DNA of 64,000 nt from Oopsacas minuta. Its lineage: Eukaryota > Animalia > Porifera. Numbering within the stretch: position 1 is the first letter of the stretch; the number at the start of each line of letters is the position of its first letter. The position numbers and the translations under genes are program-made. The stretch covers positions 708,516 to 772,515 of the forward strand of contig JAKMXF010000077.1 in the NCBI GenBank assembly GCA_024704765.1. The letters run 5' to 3'. This document shows, one piece after another, positions 40,764-52,212 of this stretch. The notes below the pieces were generated by a model, which saw only the letters and a program-made list of their open reading frames with translations, ran no database searches and was not told the origin of the DNA.

Positions 40764-41132
40764 CTGGAAATCGGGAAAAAATGGGAATATATATATTGAT
40801 AAGATTACCGTTCTGATTAGGGGCAATACACTCATAAATAGCTTCGAAATTTGGAGTTTGAAAGTAAACACCTAAATTAATGCCCAAAAGTGTGCCATTG
40901 GCTGAGGAAAATGAGGCAATTGGGCCAAGAAATGGGAAATCTGAAAAAGAACCCATTGGAAGAGGCACTTCATAATTATCATCAGATGAGTACCATGCGG
41001 TCTGAGTAGAGGAAAGAGAACTACTAGCACAGCTGAGAATAGAATCGCTGTAAAATGGTCCGATAATTTCGGAAAAATTACCTAACATCTGATAAAATCC
41101 AAATTGTTTAGAATATAAAAAAACGCCAACAC
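40764..41132 (-). CDS. Intact Ig-like domain exon (123 codons, phase 1-1)
   Basis: Acceptor TTTTGTAG|GT and donor CCAG|GTTAGT; 369 nt, open. GVGVFLY...ILSC...TAWY...AIYECIAPNQNG..INIYIPIF. Confidence 0.8.
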
Positions 41133-41997
41133 CTACAAAATGAAAGGGATAACACAAAACATAAATTAATTTGGAAGAATTACAACCAGACAGTAAGACA
41201 AAGCAATATTTACTAGACGTATCTCATAGGATCAATAATATAGTGGCAAAATTATAGTGTACAAAGATAAAAAACCAACGATATTTTATACAATTAAAAA
41301 TAACACCGGTCGTGACTATTGACAGGTAGTAATGTTAGATCTTGCCATCCATGGCAGTGAAATATTCAAAACAAATCATAAATAATGTCGAATAATTGAA
41401 TTGTTAAACACGAAAAATCACAATCCATAACGATACATATAGAGCACAGTATGTTACTAGGGTGCATTAGGCTCAAATTCTTACCTTCAATTTATACAAT
41501 TTTGAATTATGATTTAGATTCTAGATATATTCAATGAGCAATATGTGAAGTATCAGATGAAATAGTTAAGGGTATGAGAAGTCTGTATATACAATATAAT
41601 GGCAATCCTGATTTTACATTAATTCCGAGTTATAAGTGGATTTTGGCAAAACATATGCTATCCATGGAATGTGCTATAAACTTGTTAACTTTATCATGAG
41701 AAAATTCTATATTTTGTATAGAAATATTTTAGAACATTTCCTATATCCATATTCTAATCAAAATATCAATATTAAACATTACATTGTTTGTTCAGATGAA
41801 CCATTTTTTGCGTTCCTATTCGCAAACAGTGTACAAAATTCATCTTTGTTCTGCATAAAATTCAGTATTCTTGCTATAAAAAGTGGATGCTGGGACAATT
41901 TTGTATATTTCACAATATATTGAAGCATTGCACATTTAGCAATTTCCAAATGTATAATGTTTAAATTAAATCCTAATTACTTAAATAATATAATACA

Positions 41998-42470
41998 CAG
42001 TAAACCTCCATTAAAGAACACCTCCGATTATGAACACACCCGCTTAGGGGACACTATTATAAATCCCGATTTTATCCTATGCTTTAACATTGCCTGCCAC
42101 CCATTAAGGAACACCTCCCTATGGTGAACAAGGAACACTCTTTTTGTCTCAAATATCACTTAGCATTAATATGGACCTTGCATAGAATATCTCGATTTTT
42201 GTGGTCAATCAAATGTAGGACATCATTGCTGTATTCTAGGTTAATACATCCATTAGATAAATGACAGAAGCTATTTCAGTGATCTGTTGAATTTATGATG
42301 CATACTATTGTTCATTTACATGCTTTCCGAGCAAAGTGAGTGCGTTGAATTTGAATACATTATCCATTTTCTTCAGCAACGAAGAGATTAAGAAGATATT
42401 ACGGATACAATAGTGTGAAAAGTTTGTAGAAATTTCTCTGGTCATAAGCCATATTGGTGGCAGCAAAATT
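41998..42470. mobile_element. Tigger/pogo-like remnant
   Basis: CAGTAAACCTCCATTAAAGAACACCTCC terminus with repeated GAACAC motifs; no partner end found. Confidence 0.35.
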
Positions 42471-42739
42471 TGTTTCCACTGATTTCAACCTTGAATATTT
42501 AGTATGTATCCTTGCCAAGTAATATAAACATTATATTAAAGTACAAATGCAGCTTCATTTCGCAACATAATAAATTTTGTCAAATTCCATTTTCATATCT
42601 ATGTTTCTATGGTACAATGTAATGTAATTACATGGTCATTTTACACCAATAGAAGGTAATAAGTATTTCTATATACTACATATTAAGAAGTAGCAAATAA
42701 GTTCATTAAAATGATTACCTATTGAACCTCCTTTTAACA

Positions 42740-43900
42740 AGATGGGTGAAGCAACAATATTATCCGAAAGCCGAAAACACGTCTTGACTTGGCTATCAAA
42801 TTGAAGGCTCACAACTATGACATCAATCAAGCAGCAGATGAAATGGTGGGTTTACCAAATCTCGAGGAAGACAAGAGACATTCTGTATAATCTCTAATGT
42901 CTAAAATATAATTTAATGTCAGAAAGAGTAGGAAATCTAGTGAGAGCTTAGATAGTGAGTGGTGGAGGCAAGTATTCCATGGATCCCTGTTAAACCTAAG
43001 AGCACGCAATAATTTCTTTCTGTATCAGGCTGTGATGTAGAAAGCGGTGTTGTATTGGTTCCAAATGTAGAGAGAAGAACATCAATTGATAATATTCAAG
43101 TTCGTTCTAAAAGGATCAGGCTTGATCAGACTGGAATACTTACTTCCATCCGTCAGTTATTACAACATGAGAATATTTCTGTTATTCGCTACATTACTCT
43201 CCTCTTGTATATTGTAGCTATAGAACAAATTGGTTTTAAAGGCATCGTTATAGAATTGAGCAAGTTACTAAACCCGGAAATTGTTTCACTTAATGAGAAT
43301 GGTTTTGATCACCTAAATGACAATGTTAAAGTAGAAGTTAAAGCTTCAATGTTTGACAGTAAAACCTTAGCAACAATGATAGGTAAAGGAAGAGCGCCAT
43401 GTATTGTCTGCAAAGCGACCCGAAGTGATACAAATGTTTTTAGAGATGCTCTAACACAGATTCACAGGAATATATCTGAACTACCCAGGGTTGCTAATAG
43501 TGGTGAAGTTGTCGATGTAGACAGATTTCGTGTTAAGTCAAGAAATCTATTTACCAATCTCACAAACCATTCACTGGCTAACTATTAGCAATACACTCCA
43601 CAAATTTTTGGCTCATCCCCCATCAGTTTATTGAGAGAAATGATAGGGTAGGAGTGTGAGTCTTTCTGAAGATGGGCTAGAACAAGGACATAAGTTGATC
43701 CAAGCGTTCTTACCACATTTGAGAAGGAAATCAGATTTTCTAAGAGGATTAAGTGATGTTGCAATGAGGCTCTACATCTATGGTTTTCCAATTCTGAATA
43801 AATATTCAGAAAGATCATCATTTGTCCAAATGTGGTCAAGTAGACCATCAAAAGAATTGTGTAAAAAACAGGCAAACAGTTAGCGTGACAAACAATATTG
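42740..43900 (+). mobile_element. RAG1-like/Transib transposase relic with internal deletions
   Basis: NBD-like RTSIDNIQVRSKRIRL; SMFDSK...PCIVCKATR (RAG1 GYDEK...CTLCDATR); ISNTLHKFLAH.HQFIERND (RAG1 [20 protein letters not shown]); LSEDGLEQGHKLI (catalytic E region). Frameshifts; no TIRs located. Confidence 0.85.
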
Positions 43901-44597
43901 ATGATGAAGATTCCCTTTTCAAAATTCCATAGATGAAATCTCCTTGTATTTAACATTAATTCATCAATAAGATACTCGTATGTTAATTATTCTTCAGTTA
44001 ACATAATAAAATCACATATTCAATTTTCTCCGATTAAAAACTAAGTTAGGTGAATATCTAGATTTCTGTATTACTGTATCTGGTAATTAAGATTACGTCA
44101 TATATTGAAAAACTGATGTGATATAACAAAATTTAATCAACAAACGAACCGCAATAGTCGACATACTATACAGTAATAATGTATTGTATAAGCCTACATC
44201 TAAAATTGAACGCGTAAAATCCTAATATTAGTAATTCGCAATAATAGCCCACTATGATACAGTAGAGAAATTGTATATTAAATTTAGAAGTATAATAAGC
44301 AATAACAGGAATATGCATATATGGTAATTAGCATAAATAGAAAATTCAACTTCGGTTTCAATTCAAATATATATCCATTAACAATCAATTTCAATAAAAT
44401 TCCTGGGCAACAACGTGATAAGGAGTGTTTCAGTAAAATATTGAAATGGTGCTCGAAGACTTATACATTGGCCTTCAGCGAATTAACAGAGTTCCAAATT
44501 CTAATAAGAACAGCATTCTTCCATATTCAAGTATTGCACACCGATAAAATTTTGATAATTTATTCATATTTAGATCCATATTAAGTCTAGTTTACCC

Positions 44598-47500
44598 ATG
44601 GCTTACAATATTATACGGCTATTTATGAGGCCGAGAAGGCTAATAAAATAGAAAGCCGACTGTGGACAAATAATTATCTTATCACTAAATGTGAAATAAG
44701 AAGATAATACATTTTGGTTACCTATTAATTATAAAATATATTATTAATCAACCATGATATCAGCCATTCTCCTTTGAAAGTAGTTTATAAACCTCCGGAA
44801 ACTCAATTATAATTATTATCCTTTACAGTTGACCCCTTCCTAATTAGACAAACGTGACAGCTCTTTGAGAGAGGTTTACAGGAACGAATAGCCATAGTTA
44901 TATACATAATCTAATACTCAAGTATGCCTTTCGGGTATTTGCTTACAACAACATGGATAGGTGCCCACATAAGGAAAAATCGACTCGACATTATCTTTAT
45001 CTTATTATACATAGATTATTCATATTCTTAGATGCCCAACAAGTGTATTGTTACTGATTACAAGACAAAATAGATAACTTCAGAAACTAGTAAACAGGTT
45101 TCGAATTTTCCAGATAATATTGAATTACGAGCGAAGTTGCAGAGTATACCAATCGAAATGATTTTCTGCTACGAAATACTCAACTATCTGTGTAGACCAT
45201 TTCTCTGAGAAATATCTCGTACGAAATGCACAACGAATTAGATTAAATCATGCTCTCCTCCCCATTCCCACTATTCACCCTGAAACGATTCCAAATAGTC
45301 TGGGAGTCATTTCCAAAAGACCAAGAAATAATCCCAAAGTTCGCATCTCTCATGCAGGCCAAATGCCGTTGTTCAAATCATTGTTTTAATATAAATCTTT
45401 AAATGACTTCGGAGAATGTTTTCATACAGCTGCAGAATATAAAGGTTTCAATATCGAGAATTCTAGAGATCGCTTACATTAAGGAATGCATAAGCTTAAA
45501 AGATTCATTCGAAGCAAAACTTAGTTTTGAAAAGCTTGCCTCTCTCTCTACCCAATTTTATCGCAAATACCGAAGGTTCCAAGCTTGCTTCTCTCCACAA
45601 GCTTGTGAATCTACCTAATTACGATAAAAAAAAAAGCCCTTAAACTGAGACTGACGTAATAAAAGAGCTAATTGATATAATTTACTATAACCCTAAAGGA
45701 AGACCACTCTATTCTACGAAAACCTTGAGATTTGCATTAATAATGCGCTATACCTCAAATGCTGCTTATCGTTACCTCCAACATTATCAGCCTTTACATA
45801 GCTATTCTCTTTTACACAAGTTAAGTAGTAAAGATATCGACACTATCAAAGCTTTAGTTACTCTGCGAAATAATAACCAAGTTGGTAATAATGCCATTTT
45901 ACATTGAGACGAAATGTATTTGTAACAACAAGTTCAGTATGATGGTCAGACACTTACTGGGTGTGATAGCAACTTTCAGATGTACCGAAGTATTCTCTGC
46001 TACATGACCGTGTCCTTAACTTCTTCTGCTCCATTCATGATAAAAGCAGTTTCCTTGATCAAAATTTCTGTGATATCGTTTGCTCTGGGATAATTAGCTG
46101 GATAAAATTCTTACAAAATAATTTTTATCTTCGAGGAATTACATGTGACAACCATCTCACCAATGTTAGTTGCAATGGTAAGCTATTGAAACAATTTCCA
46201 GCTACGATAAGTTCAGAGTCCATATTGAATCCTTCTGACAGAGAGAAACACATTTATCTACTATTGGAAAAAGAGTTCATATCATAAAAATCACCCTCAA
46301 CAATGCACTCTCTCCAAAATAATATCAAATTCCTGAATTCAATATTCAAACAAAATTGAACATTAACATTCCAACTGGAATTGTCCCTGGTTAGCTTTTC
46401 ATCGCCTACGCGAAAAGGATATGAACTTGAATGCCCACCTAAAAAAGCCCAAAAACTATCATGCCAAGTTCTACACTCAGGGAGCAACAAACAATCCGTC
46501 TCTCTTGCACTCGCTATTTTTAACAGAACAACGTTCTCAGCTATGCGGAATTACTTTCCAGAAGGTCCAACGACTCCATCTTTTCTTGAATATGTTTATA
46601 ATTGGTGGCTAATTGTTAATTCCAAAGAACGCTAACACTCAGATATTGTAGGCTTAGCACTCATTGCAAATGACGGAAAACTCAAATTCTTAAGATATTC
46701 AAACGATTGGCTGGAAAAATGGATGACTTCTAATATATTGGGATTATCTAAACAGACGTTTATGGCATTAATTCAAACCAATCGAGCAATAGCTAATCTG
46801 AGCTCAGATCTCTTATCTGATGAGTAATATTATATTTTAGTTGGTCGTTTACAAAATGATCCTTTAGAGACGCTCCTCCCAAGGTCGTCAGATGTCTGGT
46901 GGCCGATTTCTAGTAAGCCTGAGAGAAGTTTGAAAAAGTGAATCAATTATCAAACTCAAAAGCTCATTCAAATATGAACTTGAGGTTCCAATTAGATCTT
47001 TGTGGGAAGAGTCAACTATCCAAAGTTTTCTAAACGAGTTTCACACTTTGAATTTAGAACTTGTTTCACTCTCGGATGACATAAACGAAATAATTGTTTT
47101 TTCGCTGAATATATTTCCCGAACCCTGAAGAAAAAGTTGAAATGTAATGATTGTATGATGCTACTAGAGCGCGATACAGTTTCCAGCACTTATTTCGAAA
47201 CTGTAAATCGGGGGAAACTGACAAGGCCTTCCGCCCTTCAATTTTTACACCTAATCTGCCTTTGCTACTCTGGACTTAACTGAAAAAAATGATATTAGCT
47301 AGCAGTGCTCCTGAAAAGGTACTTCCCAAACCTGTTCTTGATGAAGTAAGCACACCATGGGGATACAATTTTATATTTGATGTATATGAAAAATCTGGAT
47401 TGAAGATAACGAATTCTATTATTTCCAACGTATTTTCAAAATATCTCGAAAGAAATCAGCGCGATGAGGAGCAAAGAACAGATAATTAAATTTAAGTCTA

Positions 47501-47721
47501 AACAATTGAATTCCCATAAGTAGTAGTAATATTTTAGTCAGTTAACACTATTATATCATTCTACGATTATTTGATTATATATGACGTTATAAATGCAACT
47601 AGCATGATTTAAATCTAATCTAAAAAGCATAAAGGAAGGTGTTTCGAGACATATTCAATCGACCTTCTAATTTATTAGCCTTCTCGGCCTCTTACAGAAC
47701 CATATAATGTAGTAAGCCATG
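44598..47721 (+). mobile_element. P-element/THAP9-like transposon, full length but degenerate (3124 bp)
   Basis: TIRs CATGGCTTAC...GAGGCCGAGAAGGCTAATAAA at both ends; flanks GTTTTACC / GTTAACC. THAP motifs MPNKC, FPDN.ELR, ICVDHF, PIPTIH; core MRYTS..AY..L and DEMYL; QNDP(L)E. Confidence 0.9.
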
Positions 47722-48129
47722 GTTAACCTAAAAGTAAATACATATTCACTTAGAAAACATAAATTTTCTATATAGTCAGAGAAATGAGAAATTGAAGTGC
47801 CAATAATATATAAAAGGGTAATTTTCTATTTTTAGCCAGTAGAGTAACTTGAATTTCTTAAGTCTGGAAATTGATCAAATAACTCATCAGCCATAGTAAC
47901 ATTACATATATGTTAATAAGCTTTGTCCAATTTTGTGAACAATGAGAAGATACATTCCAAAATTTAATCAATGGAATTTTATAGGACAAATGTAGACAGC
48001 GAGAACTAGAGCATAATTACATTAGTATACCAATAAAATATAACTAAATAAAATAAGAACACATTCAAGGATCAGGAATTTGTAGATCAAAACAAATATT
48101 TTAGAATATTCAAAATATATGAGTTTGAC

Positions 48130-48330
48130 CTGTTGGAATTAGGATTCCTGTTACTAATAAACTGACACATACTTCCACACTAATTCAACTATGGGTAATC
48201 TAAATAATACACTCCTTGGATGCCTATTCCACATTTTCTACACTTTGAGTTATGTTCAGATATCCCTCTCCAGTCTTTATATATGCCAATTAATACCGGC
48301 AATATGGTATATTATAAAAAGGTTGGTGAT
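48130..48330 (-). pseudogene. Degenerate Ig exon
   Basis: GEGYLNITQSVE and IQGVYY(L) in adjacent frames; donor ACAG|GTCAAA at 48130. Confidence 0.4.
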
Positions 48331-49004
48331 TCGTATATAATGCATGAAAGTGAATTGAATAGTAGAGCTCGATGAAAAGATTATGCCAATAAAGAATCTA
48401 TAGAAAGGAATATGAACGAAGAGTAAGATGAATCGATGATTAATTAATTCGTCAAATTAGAAAAATCACCGGAAGAATTTTGAAATTCAAATATTAATTA
48501 CCTTGAAGAATTCATAAGCATATTCAATTAATTGAATAGCCAATAGAAAATTATACTATATTGCTGTAAAGAAAAAAGATACTAACTACTTAATATAATT
48601 TTCAGGGATGTTATTTGCTATATCTCGGGATAAACTACCATTTTCATAAATTTTTAAAGGTTGGGCAATCTAAAACTCGAGTGATGCATAGGAGTCTAAT
48701 GTTTCGATAAAAATACAGGTCAAGCAAGAATTAATTGGACGCAAATAGTTAACATAAACAAAGCATATTTGTTGCATAACATAGTTGAACATTCGATGCC
48801 ATAAATTTGAGTAAGAATTTGTTTTGTGAACTGTTAGGGCATATTTGAGTGTATGGTGGGCTTTTGAGTAATTCCACTCAAATTGGAACGCTGGTATAAT
48901 CGGAAGTGATAATTTCCGTCCAAGGGGGTCCAGGGGCTCCGGAGGCCCTCGTTTTTGGCAAGTGATAAAGCAATGCTCAAACTACCTTCGATAATAACAA
49001 ATTA

Positions 49005-49500
49005 GGGCTGAAATGTCCCGTTCGTAATGAAAAGTAACATAAAATTATACAATCTCGTTTTATCCAATTCCTGGACCAAAATCGAAATATTAGCATCTTA
49101 TGAAGTGATAAAATCACACATTCTCTCGGAAGTATTAAGTTAATAGATGGAGAGACGGAGTCTCTACTAGGTGTTCAAAAGAAATGTCTGATGATCCCTC
49201 CCCGATTTTACTTAAAACATCAAACTGATAAAGCGAATCTCTAAACTGTTTTTGATAAAAAGGACGAACCAACCGGACCCTATCTCTTTACTATGCCAAC
49301 GCAGCAATATGAAGCCTAAAAAGGCCAATGACTGCGACTTAACACAGCAATATTCAAAATACTCTATTATAACCGATTAAGGCTGAAGTTTTACGTTCGT
49401 TAAGAAAAGGAACACCAAAAATTTACCACTTAGTTTAAACCAATTCCCGGAACGAAAACGATATTATAGCATTAATTGAAGTGATATTCTGAAAGTAGGA
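49005..49500 (+). repeat. Two copies of the dispersed ~140-bp module immediately upstream of the MULE-like ORF
   Basis: GTTCGTAATGAAAAGTAACATAAAA...TCGTTTTATCCAATTCC (~49010) and CGTTCGTTAAGAAAAGGAACACC...AAACCAATTCCC (~49395). Confidence 0.65.
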
Positions 49501-49699
49501 GATTCAACAATTGGTTTTTAGAGTCAATGCAGAGTGGAAATTTCGCAATTGGTTTACTTTTGCATCCATTATTAACAAGAATCCTCTTAAATGTCACACT
49601 GATAAAAGTATTACTGTGATTTTTTCTTACCCTATCTGATAAACCATTAGAAAATAAGAAAGTTTAGGCGAGAAATTTGCGTAATTATAATAGGTTAAC

Positions 49700-51800
49700 A
49701 TAGAAACACAAGTACCTCACACGTCTGTAAGTAACTATTTCCATAGCAATTCGAATCCATAGAAAATAGAATCCAATGCTTAATTTCGGTAATCTAAAAC
49801 AATAAAAGCGAATAAGAAATTCAAACTATAATTTTTCAAGTTCACAGAGGTACTCTCATGAGAATTGGAGTGAATTGGTTAGTTTACAAAAGTATCATCG
49901 GAATGCTATATTGGGCATTAAGGTAAGAGGCTATATTCAGTCATTAGGACATAAACCATTTATTATTCATTTATATACAAAGATCAAAATAATAGATCAA
50001 AATGTATAAAGATAAAAGCATAATTCTTCACCTAGATGCTACTGGCTCAATCATTAGAAAGATTGAACCTTCCCAGCACAAATCATTTTATTATGCCATC
50101 ATAGTACAACATTCAACATATTCTACCAGTTCCGTACCTCTGGCAGAGATGATCAGTTCTGGCTATTCTAGAGCTGAGATTACTTATTTTTACACAAATT
50201 ATATCATGATGCAAAGAAAATATTAGGTTATAACACAACCTAGGACAAATTGAGATAGATTTAAGCAGGACGTTAATTCATAGTGTGTATAATGCTCTTC
50301 AAAGAAAGTAATCTTAATTAATTTTGGAATAGAGTAGATATAAATTCTGCCAATCAGGAACTAGGATTAAAATAATTTTCCATTATGTTTGCCCATTTTA
50401 ATGCATGCTATTGGCTTTCATATGCTAAGGAAATGTAGGTTAATAAAAGAAGTGAGAAAGTGGTTTTTGTATTTATTTGGATATCTGGTACGTAGTACTA
50501 ATATTACTCAAATAATTCTTGTGTTTATTTATTGTGTTATGTATTTAAGAGTAAATATCTAAATGAACATGTAGTAACCAATAGTTAAACATTAGAGTAT
50601 AATATTAGTGACAGTTATTCTGATTTCGATGATGCAAATGAAAGTTTAGACGATGAGGATAGTGGTAATGTTCCCATAGATATTAAGGAAAGTAAGTCCC
50701 TAAAAGACAGACTCCCTTTGGCAAACATTTTGCATATATAAGTAAACAACGCGAAAAATGTAATCCAAAAAATAACACCAACGCATTAAATTTCGAATCC
50801 TTGTTATTAGCCTAACAGTATAGAATATATTTTAACTTAGTACTACACCCGTCTCGCATCATGGAGTTATATTATAGTAGGTCCCGACAGTGTTTCAGTT
50901 GGAGATAATTATTCGTATGATATTTCCGTCATTGCAGAGAACTGGATGAGTATAGTGAATTCGAAATAAAATTTGAGAATGATATACTAGTAGAATTTCG
51001 CTTTCAATGTTGCTCTTTATCCCATAGCTAACAAATATTGAAAAGTCATGAGCGAATAAGAGATATTTCAGAAGAAAATGTATCGTAGAACGGTCTGGGA
51101 AAGAAACAGCATTGTGGCTATTTGAAGTAAAAATAAAGTAATCCCTACTAAGCGCAAGAAGTTGTCTACGTTAAAATGTAAATCACCAGAATTAAGACTG
51201 CGTGAATTATAAGTGATTAGTATTGGTAGAGTCAAGTATAATACGATATATTTTATTAAGCATTTGTCCACCACACATTGAATCGCAAATTGCTACGTGT
51301 AAGAAATGGAAACTACATTAAAGCAAATTGTCTACTCTATAAATAACTTAATTAAATAATGGAAGAATTACGTATATAATCCCGGTATAACAGAAACTAG
51401 ATCAGGTGATGGAAACTGTTATCTTCTATAATTACTTATTTGACAATTGGCGTGTAAACATATTATAACGAATTACGTGCAATCATTGTTAAAAACGTGT
51501 TTGGAAAATTAAGCACGAGATGTAATACGTTTCTGCGTACTAAGTATGTTTATACTCAAGGTAATTTAGGATTATTCAGGATTTGGTAAAAACAATGTGG
51601 ATGAAAAAGGTTAAGAAATGGGTTACCGACTTAGAGATATTGGAACTTCGTTGATATTTAATATAGATACTTGGGTGTTTGCAAGCCCTGCTAGAACTCG
51701 TTGGCTTTGTTCTCAAGCAATTGATCAAGTTTTGATCAATTATCCCATCCAAATATGTAAATTGATTGTGAAAGCATAGTTCGTACCCTATCCGTATGCT
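49700..51800 (+). mobile_element. NOF-FB/MULE-like transposase relic with a C-terminal OTU-like protease domain
   Basis: IILHLDATGSII...VPLAEMISS (MULE-type first Asp region); GDGNC at ~51408; ELRAIIV; W.TDLEI...FNIDTWVF (OTU core). Many stops. Confidence 0.7.
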
Positions 51801-51847
51801 TTGTTGTCATCATTTTTCATCATCTGTGCCCAACTGCTTCCAAAAAT

Positions 51848-52212
51848 ATGGAAGGGCAACTCCGTACACTGACCGACGCCCTAGATACAATTCACACTAC
51901 AAATGATTGTGGAGCGCCCAAAACCCTGGAGAATCATATTCGGAACCAAATGTGGGCTAAGCAACATGAGCTTATAGAGTTAGCTGCTCGCCGCATTAGA
52001 TGGGCCAATGTGATCGAGGAAACCATGTGGGCAAATATTTGGGGAAACAATACTACATTTCTCGAATATCTCAGCTGTGTGTGCATTGGACCAGGAACTA
52101 AACAAAAATTCCTGAGTGATGAAAACAAGAAAGTATATCACGACATGATTGCGTTGAAGCAAAGCCCCAACTTCATGAATACTCAAGCAATCCAAAGGTT
52201 CTGCGTGCAGGA
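51848..52212 (+). other. Unassigned GC-richer ORF fragment cut by the Chapaev insertion
   Basis: About 120 open codons, no recognised motif; ends at the AGGA TSD. Confidence 0.3.

Noticed and set aside
43900-48700. RAG2-like partner or ProtoRAG arrangement downstream of the RAG1-like relic
   Set aside because: No kelch or PHD motifs recognised on either strand; the interval holds a P element and an Ig pseudo-exon.
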